From a virus (Duplodnaviria; Caudoviricetes), in IMG/VR virus record IMGVR_UViG_3300017645_000008, positions 1 through 40,114 of that record: a stretch of DNA of 40,114 bases; one strand, given 5' to 3'. Of the stretch, positions 33,076-40,114 are shown in pieces. Each line of letters begins with the position of its first letter. Position 1 is the stretch's first letter. The notes under the pieces were generated by a model. It searched no databases. It saw only the letters and a list, made by a program, of their open reading frames with translations, and was not told the DNA's origin. Made by a program: the position numbers and the translations under genes.

Positions 33076-33696
33076 ATGGCTTCTACCGACGATTGGTCCA
33101 CGAACGCACCCGAGAACACCGAAGTCGGTGGCGTTTTCATCGGTGAGCAATGCCCGCCCGGCAATCTGAACAACATGGGCCGCGCCATCATGGCGGAGGC
33201 CAAGGCGAAGTTCGATTCCACCGATCAGCGGCTAGAAGCAATCGAAGACAATGTTGATCCCACGCTGCTGGCTCTCGCTGCGCTCGTCGGGCAGGAAAAT
33301 ACGTTTCCCTATTTCACCGGCGAGGATCAGGCGGGGCTCGCTGCGCTGACGCCGTTCGCGCGGACGCTGCTTGACGATCCCGACGCCGCATCAGCCGCCG
33401 CCACGATCGGCGCGGTTCGTGTCACCGCCTCCAGCATCGCGGCCAATGGCTATCTGGCGCTCGACATCTCTGGAACGCCGTTCGTTATTCAGTGGGGTTC
33501 CGTTTCCTGCCCGGACGGCACCGCAAGCTTTAATTTCCCACGCGCCTTCTCCTCCTTCTCGCGGGTCGTCATCAGCGGTGGCTCCTCGTCGGCGTCGCAG
33601 CAGAACGGCCCGTTCATCATTTCATCCGGCACGGCCAGCTTCGCGGTGAACTCGCATTTGGCATGTACGGGCTATTGGATCGCGGTGGGGCGCTGA
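33076..33696 (+). CDS. Short tail fibre protein (gp53-like C-terminus)
   Basis: DWST..N..GEQCPPGNLNNMGRAIMA, LTPFARTLLDD, IQWG..FPRAF..YWIAVGR. Confidence 0.75.
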   Translation: MASTDDWSTNAPENTEVGGVFIGEQCPPGNLNNMGRAIMAEAKAKFDSTDQRLEAIEDNVDPTLLALAALVGQENTFPYFTGEDQAGLAALTPFARTLLDDPDAASAAATIGAVRVTASSIAANGYLALDISGTPFVIQWGSVSCPDGTASFNFPRAFSSFSRVVISGGSSSASQQNGPFIISSGTASFAVNSHLACTGYWIAVGR

Positions 33697-33697
33697 C

Positions 33698-35953
33698 ATG
33701 CGGAAATATTTTGATACGATCCTCGATCCGCGCGGCGAGCCTGTCGAGAAGGCCGAAATCCGCGTGACCGATGCCAATGGTGCGCAGGTCCAGCTTTATT
33801 CGGACAATGCCGGCGCCAAGATCGGCCAGCCGGTGCTGACCAACAAGCTGGGCTATTTCGAATTCTTCGTCGGCGACGGCATCTACACGTTCGACATTCG
33901 CTACAGTGGCGCGCCGACGCGGCTCGTTAACAGCGTCGAGATCTATCAGGATTCGAGTCAGGCCGCCGACATTGCCCAGCTCAAGGAAGATGTTGCGCTT
34001 CTGAAAACCGCGCTGCCGACGCTGCCGGGCGCAACCGCGCTGATCGTGGGCGATCGATCGGTCATGGCGAACATTGTCGATCAGCCGAACGGACAGCCGG
34101 TTTATCTGACCGAATCCGGGCGCGAAGGCAGCTTCGTCTGGCGGCTGGGGGATTATAGCGCGCAGGTTGCGGCTGATCCCGATCAGGACTTCTATGTGGA
34201 GGCCGATGCGGTAGGCGCGGACACAGGCGCCTGGGTGCGGTCCTACGATGTTGCTCCGTTCCTCTCCGCCCCCACCGGCTCCTCGCTGATCGGCTTCACC
34301 CAGTCGATCACGGGCGCAGTTGCCCGCACGGTCCAGGATAAGGATCGCGATGTCATCTCGGTGATGGACTTCATCCCTGAGGCGGAGCGCGCTGCGATCC
34401 GCAATCATACCTCTACCTATGACTGCACGGACGCCTTCAACGCCGCCTTGGAGGCCGATGCGGCGCATTCCGGCAACGACACCGTTCTGAAGCGCAAGGT
34501 GGTTGTTCCGCACGGAACCTATGTGCTCGGGACGGCCGATGCAGCCAACCCGAACGGCAAGACCGTCTACGTCCGCAAGGGCCAGCATCTCTCAGGCGAG
34601 GGCGTCGGCTGCTATCTCAACTGCCTCGGCGCGAACACGAATACGGTGCCAGTCATCCAGCTCGGCCCGGGTGAGGGCGGCGTCGATCCCGGCGGCCTCG
34701 GTGCACAGATATCGGGTTTCTGGGTGCAGGGCGGCCCGGCTGGTGCCGGCGTGGTGGATACGACGGGACAGCCCGGATGGTGGATCGACCACATGTTCTT
34801 CACCTCGTGCGGCATCGGCGTGCTGGCGGGCGGCGGCGATGGCCTGCTCTCCAATTGCCAGTTCGATGAGGGGCTTACCGGCATTTTCCTGAGCGAAGCA
34901 GGAAACGTGACGATCTGGGGCTGCAACTTCTACAACAATAACTACGGTGTCCGTGTCGTGGATAGCCGTGACGTAGAGATCAACGGCAACCATTTCGAAT
35001 ATCAGAAATATAACTCGATACTTGTCGGTTCTGGGGATGCGCCTTCTTCTGGCGGAAAAGGCATAGCCATCAGGGGCAATTCGTTCCTCCTGAACGAACA
35101 GCATGAAACCTTCACCGGTTTCATCGCGCTGGGTTGCCAGAATACCGAAGTCGAGGTTTTGGGTGGCAACACGTTCCGCAATTGCGCGGGGGCGGCGATC
35201 AGATGCGTTACCGGCCCCGGCAACAAGCTGCTGATCCAGGATGCCCTGTTCGACGGCAAGAAGACCTTCGACGACTACACTCAGTCCACGACGATGATCG
35301 GCGTTGATGCGTCCAATATGGACGTGACGATCCGGGGGGCGGTGTTCCGTGATCTGCCCGGTCAGCCGGTGGTTGTGGGCGGCACGATCCTGACGCGGCT
35401 GGCCATGTCGGATTGCTCCTTCGTTGGCAACACGGGCGGCACGACAGAGATCAGCATCACGAATACCTTCGTCGGATCGAGCGTAAACCTCTCGAATATC
35501 GAGGGTGATGACCGTCTGCTGTTCAACGCGCAGGCCGATACGCCCATTTCGGCACAGGGTCTCAAGCGCTGGCTGGACACGCCCGTAGTGGGTGACTCGC
35601 GCACATCGGTGAAAGTGCCTGTGCAGCAGTCGGCGGTGATCGCAACGGCGATCAAGGCCAACGCTGCGCCCTCCGGTGACGTGAACTACCGGAAATCTTC
35701 GCGGCTCGTATCGGTTTACGGTCAGGACAATGACGGATCGACTGCGGTCACGCAGGTTAACACCACAGAGGTCGCAGCCTTTCCGAATATTTCTGGCAAT
35801 CCGGCGCTCCTCCCGAAATTGGATATCGACATCGAGATCGGATCGGTGGGCGGCGGTACGTCTGTCAACGGGCATCCCAATTCCGGCTATGTCGTGGTTT
35901 CGTGGCCTAATTCCTACGATTCCGTGACCTACGACGTGCAGTTGGAGGTCTAG
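33698..35953 (+). CDS. Tailspike / polysaccharide depolymerase, right-handed beta-helix
   Basis: GSSLIGF..GAVARTVQDK, VISVMDF, DCTDAFNAAL, VVVPHGTY, repeated xxGNxF rungs. Confidence 0.85.
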   Translation: MRKYFDTILDPRGEPVEKAEIRVTDANGAQVQLYSDNAGAKIGQPVLTNKLGYFEFFVGDGIYTFDIRYSGAPTRLVNSVEIYQDSSQAADIAQLKEDVALLKTALPTLPGATALIVGDRSVMANIVDQPNGQPVYLTESGREGSFVWRLGDYSAQVAADPDQDFYVEADAVGADTGAWVRSYDVAPFLSAPTGSSLIGFTQSITGAVARTVQDKDRDVISVMDFIPEAERAAIRNHTSTYDCTDAFNAALEADAAHSGNDTVLKRKVVVPHGTYVLGTADAANPNGKTVYVRKGQHLSGEGVGCYLNCLGANTNTVPVIQLGPGEGGVDPGGLGAQISGFWVQGGPAGAGVVDTTGQPGWWIDHMFFTSCGIGVLAGGGDGLLSNCQFDEGLTGIFLSEAGNVTIWGCNFYNNNYGVRVVDSRDVEINGNHFEYQKYNSILVGSGDAPSSGGKGIAIRGNSFLLNEQHETFTGFIALGCQNTEVEVLGGNTFRNCAGAAIRCVTGPGNKLLIQDALFDGKKTFDDYTQSTTMIGVDASNMDVTIRGAVFRDLPGQPVVVGGTILTRLAMSDCSFVGNTGGTTEISITNTFVGSSVNLSNIEGDDRLLFNAQADTPISAQGLKRWLDTPVVGDSRTSVKVPVQQSAVIATAIKANAAPSGDVNYRKSSRLVSVYGQDNDGSTAVTQVNTTEVAAFPNISGNPALLPKLDIDIEIGSVGGGTSVNGHPNSGYVVVSWPNSYDSVTYDVQLEV

Positions 35954-35957
35954 GCGG

Positions 35958-36371
35958 ATGAGCGACATTGTCGGCCTCATGCTAGCGGCAATGACCGGGG
36001 GCGGCAGCACGATCGTGGTGCAGATGGTCGCCGGATGGTGGCGCGCGCGTGGCGACAAATACAAGGTCGATGCGGAGATCGACGCGAGCCGGGGTCAACT
36101 GACGCTCGAATTGCTCAAGGCCGCCAGAGACGAAGCGGCGGCCGTGCGCAAGGAGACTGTTTCCATCCACGCCGTCCACCTGGAGGAGGCGCTGGACCAT
36201 CTCCATGCAGTGCTGAACGCGGAGGGCGATGCGGAGCGCAGGGCGGCTGAACGCCGGGCGCGCGCCTTTCTACGCCGGATGCGACCGGGGATCGGCGATC
36301 TGCGCAATAACGCGCAGGCAGCGGAAAGCGCGCGGCGGCTGGCGAACGATATCGAGGGAAACGGCGGATGA
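35958..36371 (+). CDS. Membrane-anchored protein at start of lysis cassette (holin/antiholin-like)
   Basis: N-terminal hydrophobic segment, then helical soluble part. Confidence 0.55.
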   Translation: MSDIVGLMLAAMTGGGSTIVVQMVAGWWRARGDKYKVDAEIDASRGQLTLELLKAARDEAAAVRKETVSIHAVHLEEALDHLHAVLNAEGDAERRAAERRARAFLRRMRPGIGDLRNNAQAAESARRLANDIEGNGG

Positions 36372-36484
36372 CCTTCGATCCTGACGACGAGGAGCCGTTC
36401 GACGAGTTCGCGGCCGGGATTCTGGGGGTGGCTCGTGTCTACGACGAGGCCGCGCGCGAGGAAGACGAGGAGGAGGGGGAATGA
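36368..36484 (+). CDS. Highly acidic mini-protein (38 aa)
   Basis: MTFDPDDEEPFDEFAAGILGVARVYDEAAREEDEEEGE; ATGA-coupled at both ends; translated by hand. Confidence 0.5.
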   Translation: MTFDPDDEEPFDEFAAGILGVARVYDEAAREEDEEEGE

Positions 36485-37041
36485 CGCCGCGTGAGTTCAT
36501 CGCCGGGTTCATCGGCGCACACGAAGGCGGCTTGTCGCTCGATCGCGCGGACAACGGCAATTACGCCAGTGGCAAGGCTGGCGTCGGACCGCTCATCGGC
36601 AGCAAATATGGCGTGACGGCGCAGGCGCTGGCGAAGCACCGAGGCGTGTCGGCCGCGAGCATCACGGCCGCGCAGATGGCCGCGCTAACAGTCGATGAGG
36701 CCGTCGATATTGGCATGTCGCTCTACTTCGAGGCTCCGGGCTTCAACCAGCTGCCGTGGAACCGCATCACCGCCAGCATTGTGGATAAGGCATGGGGCAG
36801 TGGCCCGAAGCAGGCCATCAAGCTGATGCAGCGCATGATCGGCGTTGCCGACGATGGCGTGATCGGACCCGTGACGATCCGCGCCTATGCCGACTGGCTG
36901 GAAGCAGAACCGGCGAAACAGTGGGCCGACGTGCGGATCGCGTTCGACACCTCGCTCAATCAGCCGCGCTTCATCAATGGGTGGAACAACCGAACGCGAT
37001 CATTTCTGCCGGGGACCGCATGGTGGAAGGCGTGGGCATGA
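36481..37041 (+). CDS. Endolysin, glycoside hydrolase family 108 with peptidoglycan-binding tail
   Basis: HEGG..D.GN..SKYGVT, DDGVIGPVT, FINGWNNR. Confidence 0.88.
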   Translation: MTPREFIAGFIGAHEGGLSLDRADNGNYASGKAGVGPLIGSKYGVTAQALAKHRGVSAASITAAQMAALTVDEAVDIGMSLYFEAPGFNQLPWNRITASIVDKAWGSGPKQAIKLMQRMIGVADDGVIGPVTIRAYADWLEAEPAKQWADVRIAFDTSLNQPRFINGWNNRTRSFLPGTAWWKAWA

Positions 37042-37382
37042 TCCTCCCCCCTCCCAGCACCTTCGCGGAAGGACAGCGCGCCGTCGCGCTCTGGCTCATG
37101 TCGGCGGCCGGGGTGTTTTGCGGCATTGGCTTCGCGGGCGTGATCCTGCTGCTGTGGCTGGGCGGCTGGACGGTGGCGAGCGAGAGCCAGCGGATTATGG
37201 CCATATCGCTGATGGGAGCAGGGTTCCCGCTCGGCATGATTGCGGTCGTTCTGGCACTCGCGGTGGGCGGACCGGTGGGACGGTTCAAAGTGTCGGCCGG
37301 TAAGGAGGGCGCTTCCTTCGAAGCGGAGGACCGCGACCCGCCGAATGTGGTGACGACGACGAAGACTGAGGTGCAGCCGTGA
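37038..37382 (+). CDS. Holin candidate (two TM)
   Basis: Two long hydrophobic segments, charged C-terminus, follows endolysin. Confidence 0.6.
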   Translation: MILPPPSTFAEGQRAVALWLMSAAGVFCGIGFAGVILLLWLGGWTVASESQRIMAISLMGAGFPLGMIAVVLALAVGGPVGRFKVSAGKEGASFEAEDRDPPNVVTTTKTEVQP

Positions 37383-37609
37383 CTGATACCGTTTCCAGCA
37401 TATCCGATGATCGGACCATCAACAACGTGATGCGTCATGCCTACCGCGTCCTGACGAACGAGGAAAAGGCGGCGATGCAGCGCATCAAAGATGATGGCCT
37501 CGCCTTTCATGACTTCATCGGAAGCCTCGGCCAAAGCCGGGAGTTGTCGCTGGCAAAAACCAAGATCGAGGAAGCCGTCATGTGGGCGGTCAAGCATCTC
37601 ACGGCATGA
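37379..37609 (+). CDS. acb2: Acb2/Tad1-family nucleotide-signal sponge (anti-CBASS candidate)
   Basis: YRVLTNEEKAAMQRIKDDGLAF..RELSLAKTKIEEAVMWAVK matches the Acb2 pattern YRxLxxEExxxMxxxKxxG. Confidence 0.75.
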   Translation: MTDTVSSISDDRTINNVMRHAYRVLTNEEKAAMQRIKDDGLAFHDFIGSLGQSRELSLAKTKIEEAVMWAVKHLTA

Positions 37610-37803
37610 GCCGCTATTTCTCCCGCCCCCGAGCGTGGCGTCCTTATATTGAGGATGGCACATTCGACAGCGATGCACCAATGGTGCCGTCGTTGAGCGT
37701 GTCCGAACATGAGGTTGCCGATACCGGCCTGCTTGATGTTCGCGGCGATCCCATCATGCGCGCGCCAAATCCCATGGGTTTTGGCCGGGACGGTGAGTGG
37801 TGA
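37606..37803 (+). CDS. Hypothetical protein (65 aa)
   Basis: DTGLLDVRGDPI..PMGF; coupled at both ends. Confidence 0.65.
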   Translation: MSRYFSRPRAWRPYIEDGTFDSDAPMVPSLSVSEHEVADTGLLDVRGDPIMRAPNPMGFGRDGEW

Positions 37804-38318
37804 TCCCCGGCGCCATCCTCACAACTCTCGGACGGCTCCCATGGCGCTGGATCGCTGTCGGTGCCGGGGTGCTGGGCGCGCTGTGGTTCGTCCACCATCG
37901 TGGCTATCATTCGGGCGTGGCTTCGCAAGCGCCGGTGATCGCCAGCCTCAACGCCACGATCGACAATGTTCGCGCCGCCACCGCGAAAGCGCAAGCCGAT
38001 GACCTCGCGCACAAGCAGGCGATCGAGGCGCGCGACGCCCGGATCGCTCAGGAGAAAACCGATGCGCTTGAAAAGCAGCTTGCCGATGCTCGCGCTGCCG
38101 TTGCTGATTACATCCGCCTGCACGCCGCGCCCCCAGCCGATCCCGGTCGTGGCGGAGCAGCGGGTGTGTCCGGCGCTACCCCAGCCCCCGGCGCTGCTGA
38201 TGGAGCCGGTGGAGAGGCCATCGTTCCTGCCGGCGACCTCCGCATCTGCGCGGGCGCCGTCGTGAAGGCGGAGGGTTGGCGGGATTGGTGGCGGGCTGTG
38301 TCAGAGGGGCCTCGCTGA
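37800..38318 (+). CDS. Inner-membrane spanin (Rz-like)
   Basis: N-terminal TM, coiled coil, Ala/Pro linker, C-terminal Cys helix. Confidence 0.75.
   Translation: MIPGAILTTLGRLPWRWIAVGAGVLGALWFVHHRGYHSGVASQAPVIASLNATIDNVRAATAKAQADDLAHKQAIEARDARIAQEKTDALEKQLADARAAVADYIRLHAAPPADPGRGGAAGVSGATPAPGAADGAGGEAIVPAGDLRICAGAVVKAEGWRDWWRAVSEGPR
38062..38265 (+). CDS. Outer-membrane spanin lipoprotein (Rz1-like), nested in Rz in another frame
   Basis: AGGAG RBS; MRLKSSLPMLALPLLITSA-C lipobox; Pro-rich CPALPQPPALLMEP. Confidence 0.75.
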   Translation: MRLKSSLPMLALPLLITSACTPRPQPIPVVAEQRVCPALPQPPALLMEPVERPSFLPATSASARAPS

Positions 38319-38467
38319 TGCTGGGCCTGTCTCTCTCCCTCTCGCTGGGTGCCCAGATCACGGGCAGCGGCTCCGGCCCCACGCCCCCCGACGATCCCGA
38401 TCACCTCCTCCTCGAAGACGGCTCCGCGCTGCTCCTCGAAGACGGCTCGCTCATCCTGACGGAGTAG
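38318..38467 (+). CDS. Mini-protein with tandem LLLEDGS motifs (49 aa)
   Basis: MLGLSLSLSL..LLLEDGSALLLEDGSLILTE. Confidence 0.6.
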   Translation: MLGLSLSLSLGAQITGSGSGPTPPDDPDHLLLEDGSALLLEDGSLILTE

Positions 38468-38471
38468 ATTC

Positions 38472-39914
38472 ATGGCAGATAAGGTCATTTCCGAACTCGA
38501 CCGCGTCCTTCAAGTCGTCGGCACCGAGGATATCCCGGTCGCCCTCGATGGCGCGAACGGCAGGCTGAGCCCTTGGCAGATCGATTTTTACACGAGCCGG
38601 AATATTCAGGGCCGCCCGCTCAAGATCGCCTTCGCCGGTGACTCCATTGCGGAGCTGTTCGGCCAGTTAAAGACGGGCGGCCCGTTCTTCTGGAGCCAGG
38701 CTCGCAAGCCGCGCGGCTTGATCTTCCATAATGCGGACACCTCGGCGGGCGTCGTCGCTGTCTCGGGCTCGAAATCCGGCACGCTCAAGGGCGCGGGCGG
38801 CTCCACTGTCTACACGGCCGTCGACGGCACCGACATGAACACGTCGGCCATGATCGCGAAGCTGACCGCGTGGACGCCGGACGTGCTCATCATCGAGTCC
38901 GGCACCAACGACAGCAGCTATTCGCCTGACGATAGCTCGACCTTCCAGAACGTCCGCGCGGTGATAGAGGCGGTGGGTGCGCGCCATACGATCATCATCC
39001 CGATCCTGCCGCGCAATGGCTGGACGACGGCGGATTTCTCGCGCTCTTACAACAGCTTCATCCGCGCCTATGCGGCGGCGACGCCGGGCGTCCATGTCCT
39101 CGGCGTCGAGCATCTTTTTGCCGATTCCGCGCTGGGCGTGAAGGGCGGCGCGGGCGGTACGGCGGGCGATCCGACGATTGACGGCCTCCATCCTTCACTG
39201 ACCTATGGCAAAGCGATGGAGCCGATGCTGTCGGACCTGCTCGACACGCTGGGCGTCCCGGCCATTCAGCCGCGCGCGATCACGGGCGGCGATGTCTATT
39301 CGTCCACGCGGCCGGGGCTCAATATCCTCGGCGTCGCGGGTGCGATGAGCGGGACCTTCGCGGGCGATTTCGTGACGGCCCCATGCGCGGGCGTCGTGCC
39401 CGAATATTCGTGGCAGCTCGGCGCCGCCGACAATAATGACGAGATGATCGCAACCGCCTCGAAATCCAGTTTCGACTTCGAGGGCAATACAGTTGATTCG
39501 ATCAAGCTGGTGATTTCTGGCTCGGGCGCAATGACGGCGAACCGGCGCGTACACATGAACATGAGCACGACCTTGCCGGCCGGCACGCAGATCGATGGCG
39601 TGGCGCAGGCGCTCGTCAGGATCAGCAATCCGAGCGGCCTGCTCTGTGTCTCGCTGACGGTGGCGGGCTATATCGGGGGGGCATACAAGACCGTCCAGAT
39701 GGGCGGCAATTTCAGCTTCACCGCCGCCGATCTGCTCCCAGGCGATCTCGACGAGGTCTGGCAATATATGATGCCGGGGCCGCTGCCGTTCGATCCCGAG
39801 ACGTCGATCACCTTTTCCTTCGATATCTGGGGGCTTTCAGGCGAGACGGCCGGCGGCACGATCGAGGTGGCGCAGGTGGGCTACCACCAGCTCGCGCTCC
39901 CGGCGGCGGCGTGA
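38472..39914 (+). CDS. SGNH/GDSL esterase with fibre-like N-terminus and beta-rich C-terminus
   Basis: FAGDSI, AVSG, SGTND, DGLHP blocks; starts MADKVISEL. Confidence 0.85.
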   Translation: MADKVISELDRVLQVVGTEDIPVALDGANGRLSPWQIDFYTSRNIQGRPLKIAFAGDSIAELFGQLKTGGPFFWSQARKPRGLIFHNADTSAGVVAVSGSKSGTLKGAGGSTVYTAVDGTDMNTSAMIAKLTAWTPDVLIIESGTNDSSYSPDDSSTFQNVRAVIEAVGARHTIIIPILPRNGWTTADFSRSYNSFIRAYAAATPGVHVLGVEHLFADSALGVKGGAGGTAGDPTIDGLHPSLTYGKAMEPMLSDLLDTLGVPAIQPRAITGGDVYSSTRPGLNILGVAGAMSGTFAGDFVTAPCAGVVPEYSWQLGAADNNDEMIATASKSSFDFEGNTVDSIKLVISGSGAMTANRRVHMNMSTTLPAGTQIDGVAQALVRISNPSGLLCVSLTVAGYIGGAYKTVQMGGNFSFTAADLLPGDLDEVWQYMMPGPLPFDPETSITFSFDIWGLSGETAGGTIEVAQVGYHQLALPAAA

Positions 39915-40114
39915 CCACCTGTCCGCATTGCGGCTATGACTATGACGCGCCACCCGAGCGGTGGACGCGTGGGCCGCTGGTAGCGCAACTGGAGCCGCCA
40001 GCGGTCTATTGCGGCGGGATCAGGCTCCCGCTCGTCCGCCAGCAGGCGGTGATCCTCGCGCACCTGGTGCGGCGCGGCGAGGCGAGCACGACGGCGCTTG
40101 AGGCGATCGCGGTC
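39911..40114 (+). CDS. CPHC plus winged-helix (OmpR C-terminal-like) protein, truncated by window end
   Basis: MTTCPHCGYD..LPLVRQQAVILAHLVRR; open to the edge; translated by hand. Confidence 0.55.
   Translation, partial: MTTCPHCGYDYDAPPERWTRGPLVAQLEPPAVYCGGIRLPLVRQQAVILAHLVRRGEASTTALEAIAV

Larger units (their letters stand above)
1..40114. mobile_element. Temperate prophage, lambdoid-type early region with P22-like (podovirus) morphogenesis genes; right end beyond window
   Basis: Ordered modules: integrase, excisionase, recombination, cI/cro, replication, terminase, portal, capsid, ejection proteins, tailspike, lysis; no tape measure or tail tube genes. Confidence 0.95.

Noticed and set aside
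37038-37050. ATGATCCTCCCCC shared between the holin start and the stub at 2670-2682 (minus strand)
   Set aside because: Only 13 nt of low complexity with no flanking similarity
39915-40114. attR copy of the tRNA 3' end
   Set aside because: No CGAGCCCACCA repeat seen; the window ends inside a phage ORF

Overview
The window is almost entirely one temperate prophage of about 40 kb. It is GC-rich, and a GapR/DUF2312 gene and GcrA-like domains point to an alphaproteobacterial host (Sphingomonadaceae is a guess). It starts at a probable tRNA 3' end (attL) followed by a P4-type integrase. A leftward early operon follows (AlpA excisionase, lipoprotein thermonuclease, cupin-like protein, RecE-like nuclease with Sak4-like ATPase, hexapeptide-repeat protein). 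Next are a cI/cro switch with four related 17-bp operators and a rightward early operon (small TM proteins, beta-class DNA MTase, Myb/GcrA-like protein, GapR, RusA, DUF1376 initiator with iterons, split Twinkle-like primase-helicase). A reverse cassette carries an orphan BrnA-like gene. The P22-like podovirus morphogenesis module (terminase, portal, scaffold, capsid, adaptor, nozzle, needle, ejection proteins, tailspike) is interrupted by an HNH endonuclease. The lysis cassette (GH108 endolysin, holin, nested Rz/Rz1) contains an Acb2-like anti-CBASS gene, and an SGNH esterase follows; attR is outside the window. The most interesting unannotated signal is a repeated, covarying three-way-junction RNA leader. 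It lies directly behind two near-identical internal promoters, a larger version precedes the portal gene, and its closing helix falls at or near the start codon. All product calls are from motif recognition by eye, not database searches.
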